Virus record (IMG/VR): IMGVR_UViG_3300038443_002533
Span: 64,001-128,000 of that record
Reading direction: 5' to 3' (one strand)
Length of the DNA: 64,000 nucleotides
From: a virus
Taxonomy: Duplodnaviria; Caudoviricetes
The notes below the pieces were generated by a model. It worked only from the letters and a program-made list of their open reading frames with translations. It was not told the origin of the DNA and ran no database searches. Positions 28,061 through 38,204 of this stretch are shown here, piece by piece (position 1 is the first letter of the stretch; the number at the start of each line of letters is the position of its first letter). A program made the position numbers and the translations under genes.

Positions 28061-29365
28061 ATGCGGCGCAAGCTTTTGCTCTCTACCGAGGCGATCAATT
28101 ATCAGGACACCAAAACCTTCAAAGAACTGGAGCTGGCGTTTCGCGATATCATGTTTCAAAAGTCGAGCGCTTACGAAGAACAAAAGCGCAAGAACGAAGA
28201 ACTGATCGAAGCCATCATCCAGAATTCGTTCAAAGCGAACTGCTCGATTTCGTTCGGTGAAGCGCCGCCGTGCGTGCGCATTTTCGACGAGTACCACAAC
28301 AACGTTCTGATCCGTAACGAATACCGCGAGTTCTTCGCAGCCCAGATGAACTTCACCCGCCGCTTCGTCGGTGGCTCGGGTGGCGTCAAAGCCGGTGTGG
28401 ACATCAATGCCGCGCGTCTGTCGGGTCTGTTCTCCGAACTGCCGTTCACGATCTACCTGCCGGACTGGATGTTGCATAACGGCGGCGAAGCGGGTGGCAT
28501 GCCCAGCAAATACCGCCTGACCTCGGAAGAGATGGCCGCGGTCACGCTGCACGAAGTCGGCCACTTCTTCACCTACTGCGAAACCTTCAACCGCACCGTC
28601 ACCACCAACCAGGCGCTGGCCGCCATGGTCAAGGAACTCGACGGCACCTACGACGTCAGCAAGCGTCATCTGGTCATCGCGCGTACGGTCGACGAACTCA
28701 AGCTCAAAGACGTCGATGTGGACGCACTGGCCAAGATCGACAAGCGCTCGATCCTGGAAACGGCGATCGTCACCGAAGTCACGGAAAAGTCGCGTTCGGA
28801 ACTGGGCGTGAGCATCTACGACTCGACGGCTTCCGAACAACTGGCTGACCAATTCGCCTCGCGCCATGGCGCCGGTCTGCACTTGACCACGGCCCTGCAA
28901 AAGATCCATGCGCTGTACGGTGGCACCAACGCCGAGATGAGCATGCCCTGGTTCATGTTCATGCAGATCATCTCGATCGCCGCCATGTTCATCCCGCCGG
29001 TGTGCTTCCTCCTGATTCCGCTGAACATCATCGGGATCTTGTTCGGCGGCTTCGGGGACGACGGTGACAACACCTACGACACCCCGGAAGTGCGGTTCCG
29101 CCGGATCAAGATGGACACGCTGGCGCGTCTGAAGAACCGCAGCATTTCCGACGCCGAGAAGAAGCGGATCCTGAACGATCTGGAAGGGATGGAGAAAGCC
29201 ATCGGTCATATCGAGGACAAGCGCGAGTGGCGCGAGTACATCGCCACCACGATCATCCCGGTATACCGGAAATACCGTAAGACCAAGTTGCTGCAACAGC
29301 AACTCGAACAACTCGCCAATAACCCATTGTTCGTGCGTGCAGCAGAACTGTCGACGCTGAACTAA
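28061..29365 (+). CDS. Putative virion protein with zincin (M48-like) metallopeptidase motif and hydrophobic hairpin
   Basis: AVTLHEVGH, EQLADQFA; hydrophobic WFMFMQIISIAAMFIPPVCFLLIPLNIIGILF. Confidence 0.7.
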   Translation: MRRKLLLSTEAINYQDTKTFKELELAFRDIMFQKSSAYEEQKRKNEELIEAIIQNSFKANCSISFGEAPPCVRIFDEYHNNVLIRNEYREFFAAQMNFTRRFVGGSGGVKAGVDINAARLSGLFSELPFTIYLPDWMLHNGGEAGGMPSKYRLTSEEMAAVTLHEVGHFFTYCETFNRTVTTNQALAAMVKELDGTYDVSKRHLVIARTVDELKLKDVDVDALAKIDKRSILETAIVTEVTEKSRSELGVSIYDSTASEQLADQFASRHGAGLHLTTALQKIHALYGGTNAEMSMPWFMFMQIISIAAMFIPPVCFLLIPLNIIGILFGGFGDDGDNTYDTPEVRFRRIKMDTLARLKNRSISDAEKKRILNDLEGMEKAIGHIEDKREWREYIATTIIPVYRKYRKTKLLQQQLEQLANNPLFVRAAELSTLN

Positions 29366-29387
29366 TTCAACTACAAGGATCTTCCCC

Positions 29388-29900
29388 ATGAATCCCAAAT
29401 TCTTCGGCCTGAATGAAGCCATCGGCAAACTGATCAAGAACCCGGGCGACCAAAGCCGCATCGTGGCGATCGCCGTGGCCCTGGCCGTCTCCAGCCAAGC
29501 ACAACTGCCGTCGTCATCGGTCGACAACCAACTGGCGTATTACGGCGAGCAAGTCCACCCGTTCGTCTGCGAGAAGATTTCGGAAGTCGGCGAAGCCGTC
29601 GTGTTCGCCTCCAAGTCGGCACTCGAATACGCCCAGCTGTTCTGGAAGATGCGCTACACCGCGGCATTCCCGAATCACATGCTGGTCGACAACGCCCACC
29701 AGATCGACCGCCTGATCGCCACCCGTGGCGGGCATTCGCTCGACATCACCTCGCTCTGGTCCGGCGGCCTAATCCAGCTCTCGGAAGAGATGTCGCAGTT
29801 CATGAACAAATACCGTGCCGAAATCATGGGCGTGGCGTCGCGCGTCGCAGTGCTCCTGCAACCGGCAGCGAGTGGCAGCGATGAGCCGGTGGCGGGGTAA
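29388..29900 (+). CDS. Putative virion structural protein
   Basis: 170 aa in the head-gene operon. Confidence 0.55.
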   Translation: MNPKFFGLNEAIGKLIKNPGDQSRIVAIAVALAVSSQAQLPSSSVDNQLAYYGEQVHPFVCEKISEVGEAVVFASKSALEYAQLFWKMRYTAAFPNHMLVDNAHQIDRLIATRGGHSLDITSLWSGGLIQLSEEMSQFMNKYRAEIMGVASRVAVLLQPAASGSDEPVAG

Positions 29901-29902
29901 CC

Positions 29903-31273
29903 ATGGCTGAGATCAATGCCACTACCACCCTCGCCCAAGCGCACATCCAAGCGATCGATCAAGCAGCCCCGACGGATGAAAGTCTGAATGCGGGCGCTCT
30001 GTTGCCGGATGAACCCACGCCGGACGTCTTGACCACGACGGTGTATGCCGACGCCGAGTCGGTCATGAAGATGCTGCCGGCGCTGCAACAACCCAGCGAA
30101 GTCGCTACCGAATCGCACAGCAACGCCCTGCGTTATCTGCGCGACGATCTGCTGACCCAGCGCGGCATGAACCAGCGCATCGCTAACGAAGCCATGGCGA
30201 TCCTGCCCAACTTCGGCCAAGGGCGTCCGCTGAACTACTACAGTCGCCATCCGAGCGCTACGGGCTACCAGATGGCCCTGGAAGAGATCGACGCCGGGTT
30301 GGAGCAAGATCTGATCGGCCGCCTCAGCAGCGCTGCCATGCAGCTGGAAAACGCGGTCGGCACGCCTGGCATCGTGCAAGTCTTGGAAACGCTCGACTTC
30401 AAGCGTCGTGCTGACCAAGTCTCGATGCAAGCGAGTATCCTGAAAGACTTCATCGGTCTGGCGGTCGAGTACGGTTTCACCTGGGACGATGCTTGCTTCC
30501 AAGGCTGCGCGGTGGATCCCAGCCAGAACGCAGTGGTGCCGGAGATTCTGAAGACCGAGAAGAAGTGGGTGAATTCGCTGGCCAGCATGGATGAGTATTA
30601 TAAAGTCCACCAAGATGCACCGGCCATGATGGAACTCATGACGACCCATCTGAATCAATGGAAGCTGAGTTTTCTGTTCGCCCTGGAAGCGTTGAAAGAC
30701 GACGCCGATGCGATCAAGCCGGAACTGCCCAAGGCCCCGACCGTCTACTTTAACTTCGGTAGCAAAACCACGTCGATCGAGAATATCGCCGACGTGTTCA
30801 CGGCTGCGGAAGAAAAGGCCCAAGAACCGACCGAGACCCGTACCACGTATGACTGGCTGCATTCGGTCGGCAACGCGGCAGAACAAGCCAAGGTCGATGA
30901 CATCATCAACCGGGCCCGTTCGTACGTGAAAGTCGCCAACGAAGTCGCCGGCCTCTTGAAAGAGATCGCTACCCAGTTGACCGACGCGGCCAATACCAAC
31001 GCCGGTGCGGTGAAGGATCTGGAACAGATGGTGACGGCCTTCACCAAAACCGTGGAAGGCACCAACCAAGGCTTCTACCAAATCGTGCGCTGGTGCGTCT
31101 CGGCTGGCATGACCACGTCTTACGTCGGGGTGCTGGCGTATAGCGTGATCGAGCATGCCTGGAAGTCGCTGAACCAATGTCGTGAGACACTGCAAATGCC
31201 GCAAGCGGCTTACGATGCGCTCGCCACCATGGTGACCGACATCCAAGCCCCGGTCAAAACCAACACGCTGTAA
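29903..31273 (+). CDS. Putative inner-body/head protein (phiKZ head paralogue family)
   Basis: Helical, with A/S-x-E processing motifs (VATE, MALE). Confidence 0.6.
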   Translation: MAEINATTTLAQAHIQAIDQAAPTDESLNAGALLPDEPTPDVLTTTVYADAESVMKMLPALQQPSEVATESHSNALRYLRDDLLTQRGMNQRIANEAMAILPNFGQGRPLNYYSRHPSATGYQMALEEIDAGLEQDLIGRLSSAAMQLENAVGTPGIVQVLETLDFKRRADQVSMQASILKDFIGLAVEYGFTWDDACFQGCAVDPSQNAVVPEILKTEKKWVNSLASMDEYYKVHQDAPAMMELMTTHLNQWKLSFLFALEALKDDADAIKPELPKAPTVYFNFGSKTTSIENIADVFTAAEEKAQEPTETRTTYDWLHSVGNAAEQAKVDDIINRARSYVKVANEVAGLLKEIATQLTDAANTNAGAVKDLEQMVTAFTKTVEGTNQGFYQIVRWCVSAGMTTSYVGVLAYSVIEHAWKSLNQCRETLQMPQAAYDALATMVTDIQAPVKTNTL

Positions 31274-31283
31274 TTACGACGTG

Positions 31284-31321
31284 CATAGACTCCCGCCCCC
31301 TCACGGGGAGCGGGAGCTATG
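31284..31321. terminator. Bidirectional stem-loop flanked by CATA and TATG
   Basis: CTCCCGC/GCGGGAG stem between convergent genes. Confidence 0.75.
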
Positions 31322-31327
31322 ATGTCA

Positions 31328-34264
31328 TTATACGTTTACCAAACGGAATACCGTGTCAACAGCTTCTTGCGCAGCCAGTTGACTATCGGGCAAGGCCACC
31401 AGGCGTTTCTGGATTGACAAGCGATCGGTACCATCGACCACCGTGACCACCGAGTAGTCTTCCGTACCACCCAGACCCGTGATCTGGATATCCACCACGT
31501 CCGAACCGTAGGTGTCTTTCAGCATTTGCACGATCGTCGACATCGAGACCGTGGTTTGCTGCAAGGCCTCGTACAACACCTTGACCGTGGTTTCGTTCAA
31601 ACGCGCGCGCAGACTCGGGTTGTCGTAGACTTGCTTGGTCACCCCGAGCGTGACAGTGAAGGCTTGACCGGCAGCGATGTTGGTCAGGGCTCCATCCAAC
31701 ACATACACCGGAATCACACCCGACGTCGTCTTCGGATAGAAGTACACCCGCGTCTTGTCCAGCAACCCGCCTTTGAAGGCTTCCAGGTCGTTGACGATCC
31801 AGTTCACCAAGACTTGCGTCAGGGTTTGCCGATAAGCCGTGGTCATGGTTTCCGTAGCAAACCAGTACACCCCTTCCAGCAACATCAAGTCCATCTGTCG
31901 CAGCATCCCGCGTGGGTTGGCCAGAATCAGATTGCCCAGCACGTCCCGCTTCAGATCCCCTTGGCGGTGCTCGTACGTGATGTTGCCCTCTTGATCCAGG
32001 ATTGGATCGCCCTGATGGTGCAAGATGGTGTATTGCAGTTGCCCGTCCACGATCGAGAGCTTGGTGCCATCGGCGTTATACTGGTACACGTCTTGCTTGT
32101 AGAACGCTTGCTGATCACTGTCCCAGGTCGCGTAGACGATCGAATCCACTACACTACGTGCCCGCGTCCAGAGCATGTCCAGTGCATCGCCAAACTTCAT
32201 GGTGATTTGCTCGTGGTTGATACCGGCGATCTGGTTCGGCAGCAAGTGCTTGCCCAGGAAGCTGTCCACCGCGTTCGGCGCCCAACGGCTGCTCAGCACT
32301 GCCGAGGTGGCGTACAGCAAATCGAAGGTGTTGGTCAGCGGCGTCTTGGTGATACGGCTTTCGTTGTTGTACATCGTGAACTTGGTCAAGTCCAGATTGT
32401 TAACGCTGTCCACATTGAACGTCGTACTCAAGTCGAACGTATAGACCCGTTCACCCTTATCGGTCTTGCCCACCAGCGTACCGTTCACGTAGGCCCGATC
32501 ACGCTCGCCATCCGGCACGAATGCCAGCTGCGCGAAGACTTGGTTATCCGGAATGGCTTTGTAGGTATCGTCCGAGCGGGTGTAGACCGTGAGTTGATAG
32601 CCCGTCGCCGTGCGCGACAACACATAGCTGCTGGTACCGACCAACATCAGCGTGGTGTCGTTCTGCTTCACGAATACCTTGGACTTGGCCACGGGTGCAT
32701 CCAAGTAGTACGGACGGATCTCGAAAGCGCTGTTGCTGGTATCGAGCACGTAGTGGAACGGGGTGAACAGATAACCCCCTTCGCTCACTTCTTGTGCACG
32801 CTTATCCGGCGACAACGCGAGCAGACGTGCCACTTCCGTAGCCGGTACCGTCTTCACCACCCCGTTGACGATTTGATATAGCGTGTCCGGCGTGATGGTC
32901 AGGCTATCGCCATTGTCTTTCACCGTGGGCAGGGTTGCCAATTGTTCAGTCGAGGTGGTCAAGGTCTCGATTGAGGCGGCCGCCGCGGTGAGCAGTTTCA
33001 CCGTGTTGGTGCCGGTGTTGGTCACTTTCACCACATCGGGCGACGGCATCTCGCGTGTGGCCAGGAACACCCGATTGGTGACGTTGTCGACATCCTTCAC
33101 CACTGAGTAACCGGCGTTTTGCATCTGCACCACCAGGCGTGCCGGGGTGATGGCTTGTTCGATCGGACCGGTGGCGTTGTTGATCACGTTCGCTTGCAGC
33201 GTCGCGAAGTCCATCTCGTTCTTACCGTCGATCACGATATCGTTCGAGTAGCCCTGCACGTTCATGTGCGGCAGTGCGGCCGAATACACGTTCGACGCTT
33301 CGTTCGAGTCGTAGGTCTTCCACGTGATCGTGATGGCGTTGCTGTTGTAGTCCGCCAGCGGCACGTTGATCGCACCTTTGGTTTGGTACAGATCGACCCG
33401 GATGCTGGAACTGAGTTGACGGGTATTGGTATAGATCTGCGGGATACGTACCGACAGATACCCATTCAAAACTTGCAACACCGCGGTGGGCTTCTTGGGA
33501 TCATACACCATCGCACTGTGGGTGGTCAGGAGTTCATCCCAGGCTTTGGTGACCGGATTCTTATGGTACACCCGAGCGTAGTAGAACTGATCGTTGATCG
33601 CCATCGCCATGTTGACGTCTTTGCCCAGGCTGACCTGCATGGTGTTCTGGGTGATCGAGAATTGCATGGTCGGGACCGAGAACTCCACGTATTCAATGGA
33701 GTTAGCGTCTTCCAAGATGCGGTACTCGATCGTATTGCTTTCCAGACTTTGCAGGGGCGAGACGATGTCGTTGTTGTAGGTGATCTGCAAGCCGTTATTC
33801 AGCAGCAAACGAATCTCGATCGGGTATTGCAGACTGAAGGTGTAGACGTCCACGCTGAAGTACGTGTTGCGCGGAATCACCAACTTCTGGTAACCAGTCT
33901 CGGGTTCATACACCATTGCGTTGATCAGTTCACTCCGATTGAAACGGAAGTTGAACGTGGCTTTGGCGGGAATCGAAAAGCGGTTGACGTAGTCCGTATC
34001 GGACATGTGCAGATACAGGTCTTCCTGGGTCTGGGCCAGGGATGGATAACGTCGACGGCATTCAGCGGCATGCTCTTGCATGAAGGCGGCGGTTTCATAC
34101 GCCCCAGCCGACAGCGTTTGCACGAAGGGTAGGGTGGCGTCGAACGCGGGTTGTTCCCCGTTGTTGGCTTCCACGATCGCTTGAATCACCGTGCGTTGCA
34201 AGCCGGTCGGATTGAAGCGGTAGAGCGCGATATTGTTGATGAGGTCTTGGCTGGCGAGGGTCAT
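31328..34264 (-). CDS. Large virion protein, probable baseplate wedge subunit (T4 gp6/baseplate J-like)
   Basis: 978 aa; YPSLAQT...PAKATFNF...IPRNTYF and GKNEMDFATLQANV...AITP match the gp6/J pattern. Confidence 0.6.
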   Translation of the reverse strand: MTLASQDLINNIALYRFNPTGLQRTVIQAIVEANNGEQPAFDATLPFVQTLSAGAYETAAFMQEHAAECRRRYPSLAQTQEDLYLHMSDTDYVNRFSIPAKATFNFRFNRSELINAMVYEPETGYQKLVIPRNTYFSVDVYTFSLQYPIEIRLLLNNGLQITYNNDIVSPLQSLESNTIEYRILEDANSIEYVEFSVPTMQFSITQNTMQVSLGKDVNMAMAINDQFYYARVYHKNPVTKAWDELLTTHSAMVYDPKKPTAVLQVLNGYLSVRIPQIYTNTRQLSSSIRVDLYQTKGAINVPLADYNSNAITITWKTYDSNEASNVYSAALPHMNVQGYSNDIVIDGKNEMDFATLQANVINNATGPIEQAITPARLVVQMQNAGYSVVKDVDNVTNRVFLATREMPSPDVVKVTNTGTNTVKLLTAAAASIETLTTSTEQLATLPTVKDNGDSLTITPDTLYQIVNGVVKTVPATEVARLLALSPDKRAQEVSEGGYLFTPFHYVLDTSNSAFEIRPYYLDAPVAKSKVFVKQNDTTLMLVGTSSYVLSRTATGYQLTVYTRSDDTYKAIPDNQVFAQLAFVPDGERDRAYVNGTLVGKTDKGERVYTFDLSTTFNVDSVNNLDLTKFTMYNNESRITKTPLTNTFDLLYATSAVLSSRWAPNAVDSFLGKHLLPNQIAGINHEQITMKFGDALDMLWTRARSVVDSIVYATWDSDQQAFYKQDVYQYNADGTKLSIVDGQLQYTILHHQGDPILDQEGNITYEHRQGDLKRDVLGNLILANPRGMLRQMDLMLLEGVYWFATETMTTAYRQTLTQVLVNWIVNDLEAFKGGLLDKTRVYFYPKTTSGVIPVYVLDGALTNIAAGQAFTVTLGVTKQVYDNPSLRARLNETTVKVLYEALQQTTVSMSTIVQMLKDTYGSDVVDIQITGLGGTEDYSVVTVVDGTDRLSIQKRLVALPDSQLAAQEAVDTVFRLVNV

Positions 34265-34266
34265 GA

Positions 34267-35361
34267 TTAACCTTGCGTGGATTTAAAGCGTTGGATCACG
34301 GACGTGAGGGCGGCGTATTCTTGTTTCGGTACCCACCATTCCAACTCAAAGGTGTCCAGATTGATGCGTGGATACCCGCGGTAGTTAAAGATCGGCAGCT
34401 CGTCGATCGAAATCTTTTGATAGACTTGTTCTCGGGTGCCATCGGCCATGGCAGGATTGAACCACTGTTCGCTGCACTGATTGAATTCCCAGTACAGGAT
34501 CGGGTCATTGTACATCACCGCCGTATTGACGAAGTGCACACTGATCTGTTGCAGGCCATTGTTGAATTGACCACCGCCGGTGTCGGCTTCGTAATTGAAG
34601 ATCGCGCCATTCGGATTGGATACGGGATTGCCCCAGCCCGTTGCCGCGATGCGCAGCACGTGTTGCTTTTTGCTGTCGAGGATCAAGCGGTAGATACGGG
34701 TGTCGTAATCGACTTCGTTTTCCAGCACGCTGTCCGAGTGTGGCCACAGATCGCCGAAGTACACCCCACGTCCATAGGTCAGCCAGGTATCGAGCAGCGG
34801 CGTGATCGGATCCCCTTCGACGTTACGGAAGTTCGCAGTCAGATCGACGATCCGGTTGATCTCTTCCGTGCCATCGTAGAGCGTGAACTGTTCTTGACGG
34901 ACACCGGCTTGCGAAGTCGAGTACGGCATCGATACATCCGGCCACCCTGGCAGACTCAAGAGCAGATTACTCAAGAGCGGAATAAAGGGCATACACGGAT
35001 CGACGTACGGGCTGGTGAACTCACCGGCTTTGTTACCGACCGGATCGAGCCAGCACCGAATAATACGTTGCAGTGAGTCGTCACGTTGCGAGAGCAGGGG
35101 CGAGAGCTTACGCATGATGCGCAAGTTTTGATCGGACAAATTCATCCGCGGCCGAGTAAAAAACGTCATACCGTATTGGTCTTTATTAATTGGTATGAGG
35201 CTCGGCGCTTGTCGGTGGTTAAAACCACGGAAATTATCCCCAATGGCGGTACTCGGTAGGCCAGCGGGGGTGATACGGAAGACTTGGTCGACATCAGCAG
35301 ATGTAATCGGCGTGGCGCTGTAGGAAACGTCCCGTGAGACGTTAGAATTATCATCGGCCAT
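34267..35361 (-). CDS. Virion structural protein, possible tail-tube-fold baseplate junction protein
   Basis: 364 aa, coupled to the wedge gene; beta-rich. Confidence 0.5.
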   Translation of the reverse strand: MADDNSNVSRDVSYSATPITSADVDQVFRITPAGLPSTAIGDNFRGFNHRQAPSLIPINKDQYGMTFFTRPRMNLSDQNLRIMRKLSPLLSQRDDSLQRIIRCWLDPVGNKAGEFTSPYVDPCMPFIPLLSNLLLSLPGWPDVSMPYSTSQAGVRQEQFTLYDGTEEINRIVDLTANFRNVEGDPITPLLDTWLTYGRGVYFGDLWPHSDSVLENEVDYDTRIYRLILDSKKQHVLRIAATGWGNPVSNPNGAIFNYEADTGGGQFNNGLQQISVHFVNTAVMYNDPILYWEFNQCSEQWFNPAMADGTREQVYQKISIDELPIFNYRGYPRINLDTFELEWWVPKQEYAALTSVIQRFKSTQG

Positions 35362-35392
35362 TTAGAAACCCCTTGTATTAAAAGGACAAACA

Positions 35393-36553
35393 ATGTATAG
35401 CGATATCATGAATGGTGGTCTCACCGTTCTGAACCGAGCAGGTGATTTGCTGCGCCGTGGCGGTGGTAGCAATTCGCTGGTGGACTTCACCAGCGTGGGT
35501 CGGGTCGAGCCCGTTGTGCTCATCGAGCAAAATGCGCTTCACCTCGACTGCATCGGCGAAGTTCAGCAAAGTCTGCTGTCGATCTTTGCGGGCTACTACC
35601 TGCAAGCAGCATCCCTGATGAATACCATCGGCAACGTGCGGGTGCTGGAGCGCCTGGACGCCCTCAACCCGAATCGCAGCCCGGTCAATGCCGGCCTGTC
35701 GACCTGGCTGATCGCCACCGAGTCGTACGAACACGGCCTGCCATTCCCCAGCGACGACAAACTCAAGCTGTCGGTCGAGTCGGGCATGGGTAGCCTGGGT
35801 GGCGCCGTAACGCCCTCCAAAGCCCCCAACGAGATGGTGCAGAGCAAGAGCTATGGTCAACCCGGCGGCGATGTGCGCCCGGTGGCCAAAGACGTCGGCA
35901 AGACCATGGTCGAACTGGCGAATCTGTCGGTCGGCAAATCCTACGAAGTCAACATCAGCGATGGTCAGCATTCGATTCCGGTGCAGATCAACATTCGCCT
36001 GATCGCGAGCATGCTGCCCTCCCCGGACCTGATTCATATTTTAGCCACGGGCAGCGAGGACAATTCGTTCAAAGAACGCTGGCACGGCTGGAAGTCGGGT
36101 CGTCTGTCGTTCTGGAAAGACCTGGTGTTCTGCAACGATCTGATCGACAAACACCGCAAAGATCTGCTGAAGGACAAGACCGGCACGCTGTCGAACATCG
36201 ACCGTACCAACTTCAGCAACTCCCTGACCTCGGTGATCACCGGCCAACCCTCGATCGCCTCGTCGTCGAACATGGTGGTGCTCACCAAAGACAGCGCCGA
36301 CCAACTCGAACTGCAACTCGAAGGCAAGCTCAACAAGTTCGACATCCGTCAACGCATGATGAAGAAGACCTCGCTCATGATCATGGCAATCGTGGACGAA
36401 GTCGACTACAACACCGTGACGTTCTACTACCGTGACATCGCCCTGCCGACCACGGTACGGATCAAGGACCTGAAAGCCTCGAACAAGGCGAACGGTCCGG
36501 ACATCGGTGAGATCCTTAAGTCGCTGATGGGTGGCCATCCCGTCTCTTTGTAA
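35393..36553 (+). CDS. Major head/inner-body protein (phiKZ gp89-like)
   Basis: 386 aa; IATE and LSVE cleavage motifs; synteny. Confidence 0.6.
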   Translation: MYSDIMNGGLTVLNRAGDLLRRGGGSNSLVDFTSVGRVEPVVLIEQNALHLDCIGEVQQSLLSIFAGYYLQAASLMNTIGNVRVLERLDALNPNRSPVNAGLSTWLIATESYEHGLPFPSDDKLKLSVESGMGSLGGAVTPSKAPNEMVQSKSYGQPGGDVRPVAKDVGKTMVELANLSVGKSYEVNISDGQHSIPVQINIRLIASMLPSPDLIHILATGSEDNSFKERWHGWKSGRLSFWKDLVFCNDLIDKHRKDLLKDKTGTLSNIDRTNFSNSLTSVITGQPSIASSSNMVVLTKDSADQLELQLEGKLNKFDIRQRMMKKTSLMIMAIVDEVDYNTVTFYYRDIALPTTVRIKDLKASNKANGPDIGEILKSLMGGHPVSL

Positions 36554-36573
36554 GTCATAAGGAATTTCCAAAA

Positions 36574-37485
36574 ATGAAAATCGCTGCGTTTCTCAAATCG
36601 CTGTTGCCCAACTTCGCCAAGCAGACCGTCCTGGAAGACATCCGGATCGACAAGATCATGTTGACCACGATCGTCATCCCGGCGTACGAAGATGCCATGC
36701 GCGTGTTCGGCAACCGCAAGTTCAACAACCAGTCGCTGCAAAAGGACTGGGATACGTTCCGTCGCAGTGTGCGCGGGGCGGGTGGTCCGAACACCATCGT
36801 GGCCATCGAAAAGTCGCTCAAGCCGATGATCACCACGCTGGCCCTGATCGAGAACCTGGTCGAGAAGGATTACACCGATGACATCGAAGGCGTCGGCATC
36901 ACGTACTACAAGACCGCCATCCTGCAACTGCTCGAATCGATCGGCTTCGCCCTCGACTTCGCCACCAAGTACCTGAACTATGTGTACGTGGTGGAAGCCG
37001 CGGAACTGGAAGGTGACGATGCGGCTGTGGTGGAAGAAATCGGCGCGTCGCTGGCGCCGGCTGAAGTGCGCTTCATCAACGAGCGCTTCGCTGACTTCTG
37101 CACGGTGATGGATACGCTGTCCAAGCCGACCGACAAGATCAAGGCCGACTTCGAAGAAATCCCCGACATCACCGTCACCGCCGCTGGCGATCATGCAGTC
37201 CAGAACACGATCGGCGCCGCCAAGCTCGATCCGTTCCGTCACGGCTTCGTGCCCATCGCCATGAACCCGATTTACCATGTGCGCATGAAGGTCGCGGATT
37301 ACCAGCACTACCGCTACGAACGCGCCAAGGCCGAGAAAGATGCATTGGAGCTGCGTAAGCTGCGCCTGGAGCGTCTGCAACACGGCAAAGCCGATGCGGC
37401 ACTCGACAAGCAGATCGAGTACACCCAGCGTCGCATCGAAGAGCTGTCGGCACAAATCCGTCGAGTCGAGGAACAATATGCCTGA
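36574..37485 (+). CDS. Head/inner-body protein (phiKZ gp90-like)
   Basis: 303 aa, highly biased codons, C-terminal coiled coil; synteny. Confidence 0.6.
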   Translation: MKIAAFLKSLLPNFAKQTVLEDIRIDKIMLTTIVIPAYEDAMRVFGNRKFNNQSLQKDWDTFRRSVRGAGGPNTIVAIEKSLKPMITTLALIENLVEKDYTDDIEGVGITYYKTAILQLLESIGFALDFATKYLNYVYVVEAAELEGDDAAVVEEIGASLAPAEVRFINERFADFCTVMDTLSKPTDKIKADFEEIPDITVTAAGDHAVQNTIGAAKLDPFRHGFVPIAMNPIYHVRMKVADYQHYRYERAKAEKDALELRKLRLERLQHGKADAALDKQIEYTQRRIEELSAQIRRVEEQYA

Positions 37486-38083
37486 TACCGCACCGGCCTA
37501 TAAAGGTTTTCGGGTGTATCCGCGCGGCTTCCTGGGCGCCAGCCTGGGTGAACAGATCAAGCCGACGGAACGCTTTGGTGCGGCGCAGCTGCGTTCTTAC
37601 CAATATCACCCGGATTGGTTCAAAGCACCGGCCACTGCTAAAGAGATCAATCAAAACATTGAAGCGCTGTGGGCCAAGCTCAACGACAGCTACGGCGCCA
37701 TGGATTCGATGGAGTTCCGTGAAAAGGTGTTGAAGGTGGCACTCAACGCCTTCGGCACCCGTGACTTCCCGCTCTGGCTGAATGTGCAATGCACGGGACC
37801 GTCCACCGGCGACCTGCATCTGCGTTTTCTGCAAGACACGCTGGAGTTCATCGAAACCGGCAAACGCCAGATGTCGCTGCACAACTGGGGCGCCATGCTC
37901 TCGCTGTCGGAAGTGACCCACAACGACACTCCCAACGAAGGCCAATTCAATTGGTTCTTCATGACCGGCGACAAGCTGGCCAAGAACCTGCAACTCGTCG
38001 ATGTGATCCAACGCTGGTGCAGCCAGCCGAACGGTTTCATCGATCTGGCGCATACCCTGCACGTATTGTTTGGTGAAGTCTAA
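37478..38083 (+). CDS. Conserved hypothetical virion-region protein
   Basis: ATG 37478 with SD GAGGA, overlapping the upstream stop. Confidence 0.6.
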   Translation: MPDTAPAYKGFRVYPRGFLGASLGEQIKPTERFGAAQLRSYQYHPDWFKAPATAKEINQNIEALWAKLNDSYGAMDSMEFREKVLKVALNAFGTRDFPLWLNVQCTGPSTGDLHLRFLQDTLEFIETGKRQMSLHNWGAMLSLSEVTHNDTPNEGQFNWFFMTGDKLAKNLQLVDVIQRWCSQPNGFIDLAHTLHVLFGEV

Positions 38084-38204
38084 CCACGCTTGCGCGATTT
38101 TGCCTGCTACTTTAGAGATAGTATAGTGGCAAGGCAAACTCGTCGTGCCCTATTCCGCGCGGAATATCTCATTTTTTATTAAACCATTCGAATGGAGTAA
38201 CACC

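Noticed and set aside
38100-38127. Sigma70-like TTGCCT-16 nt-TATAGT upstream of an inner-body gene
   Set aside because: Single instance, inside an imperfect inverted repeat; phiKZ-like phages transcribe these genes with their own RNAP, so probably chance.
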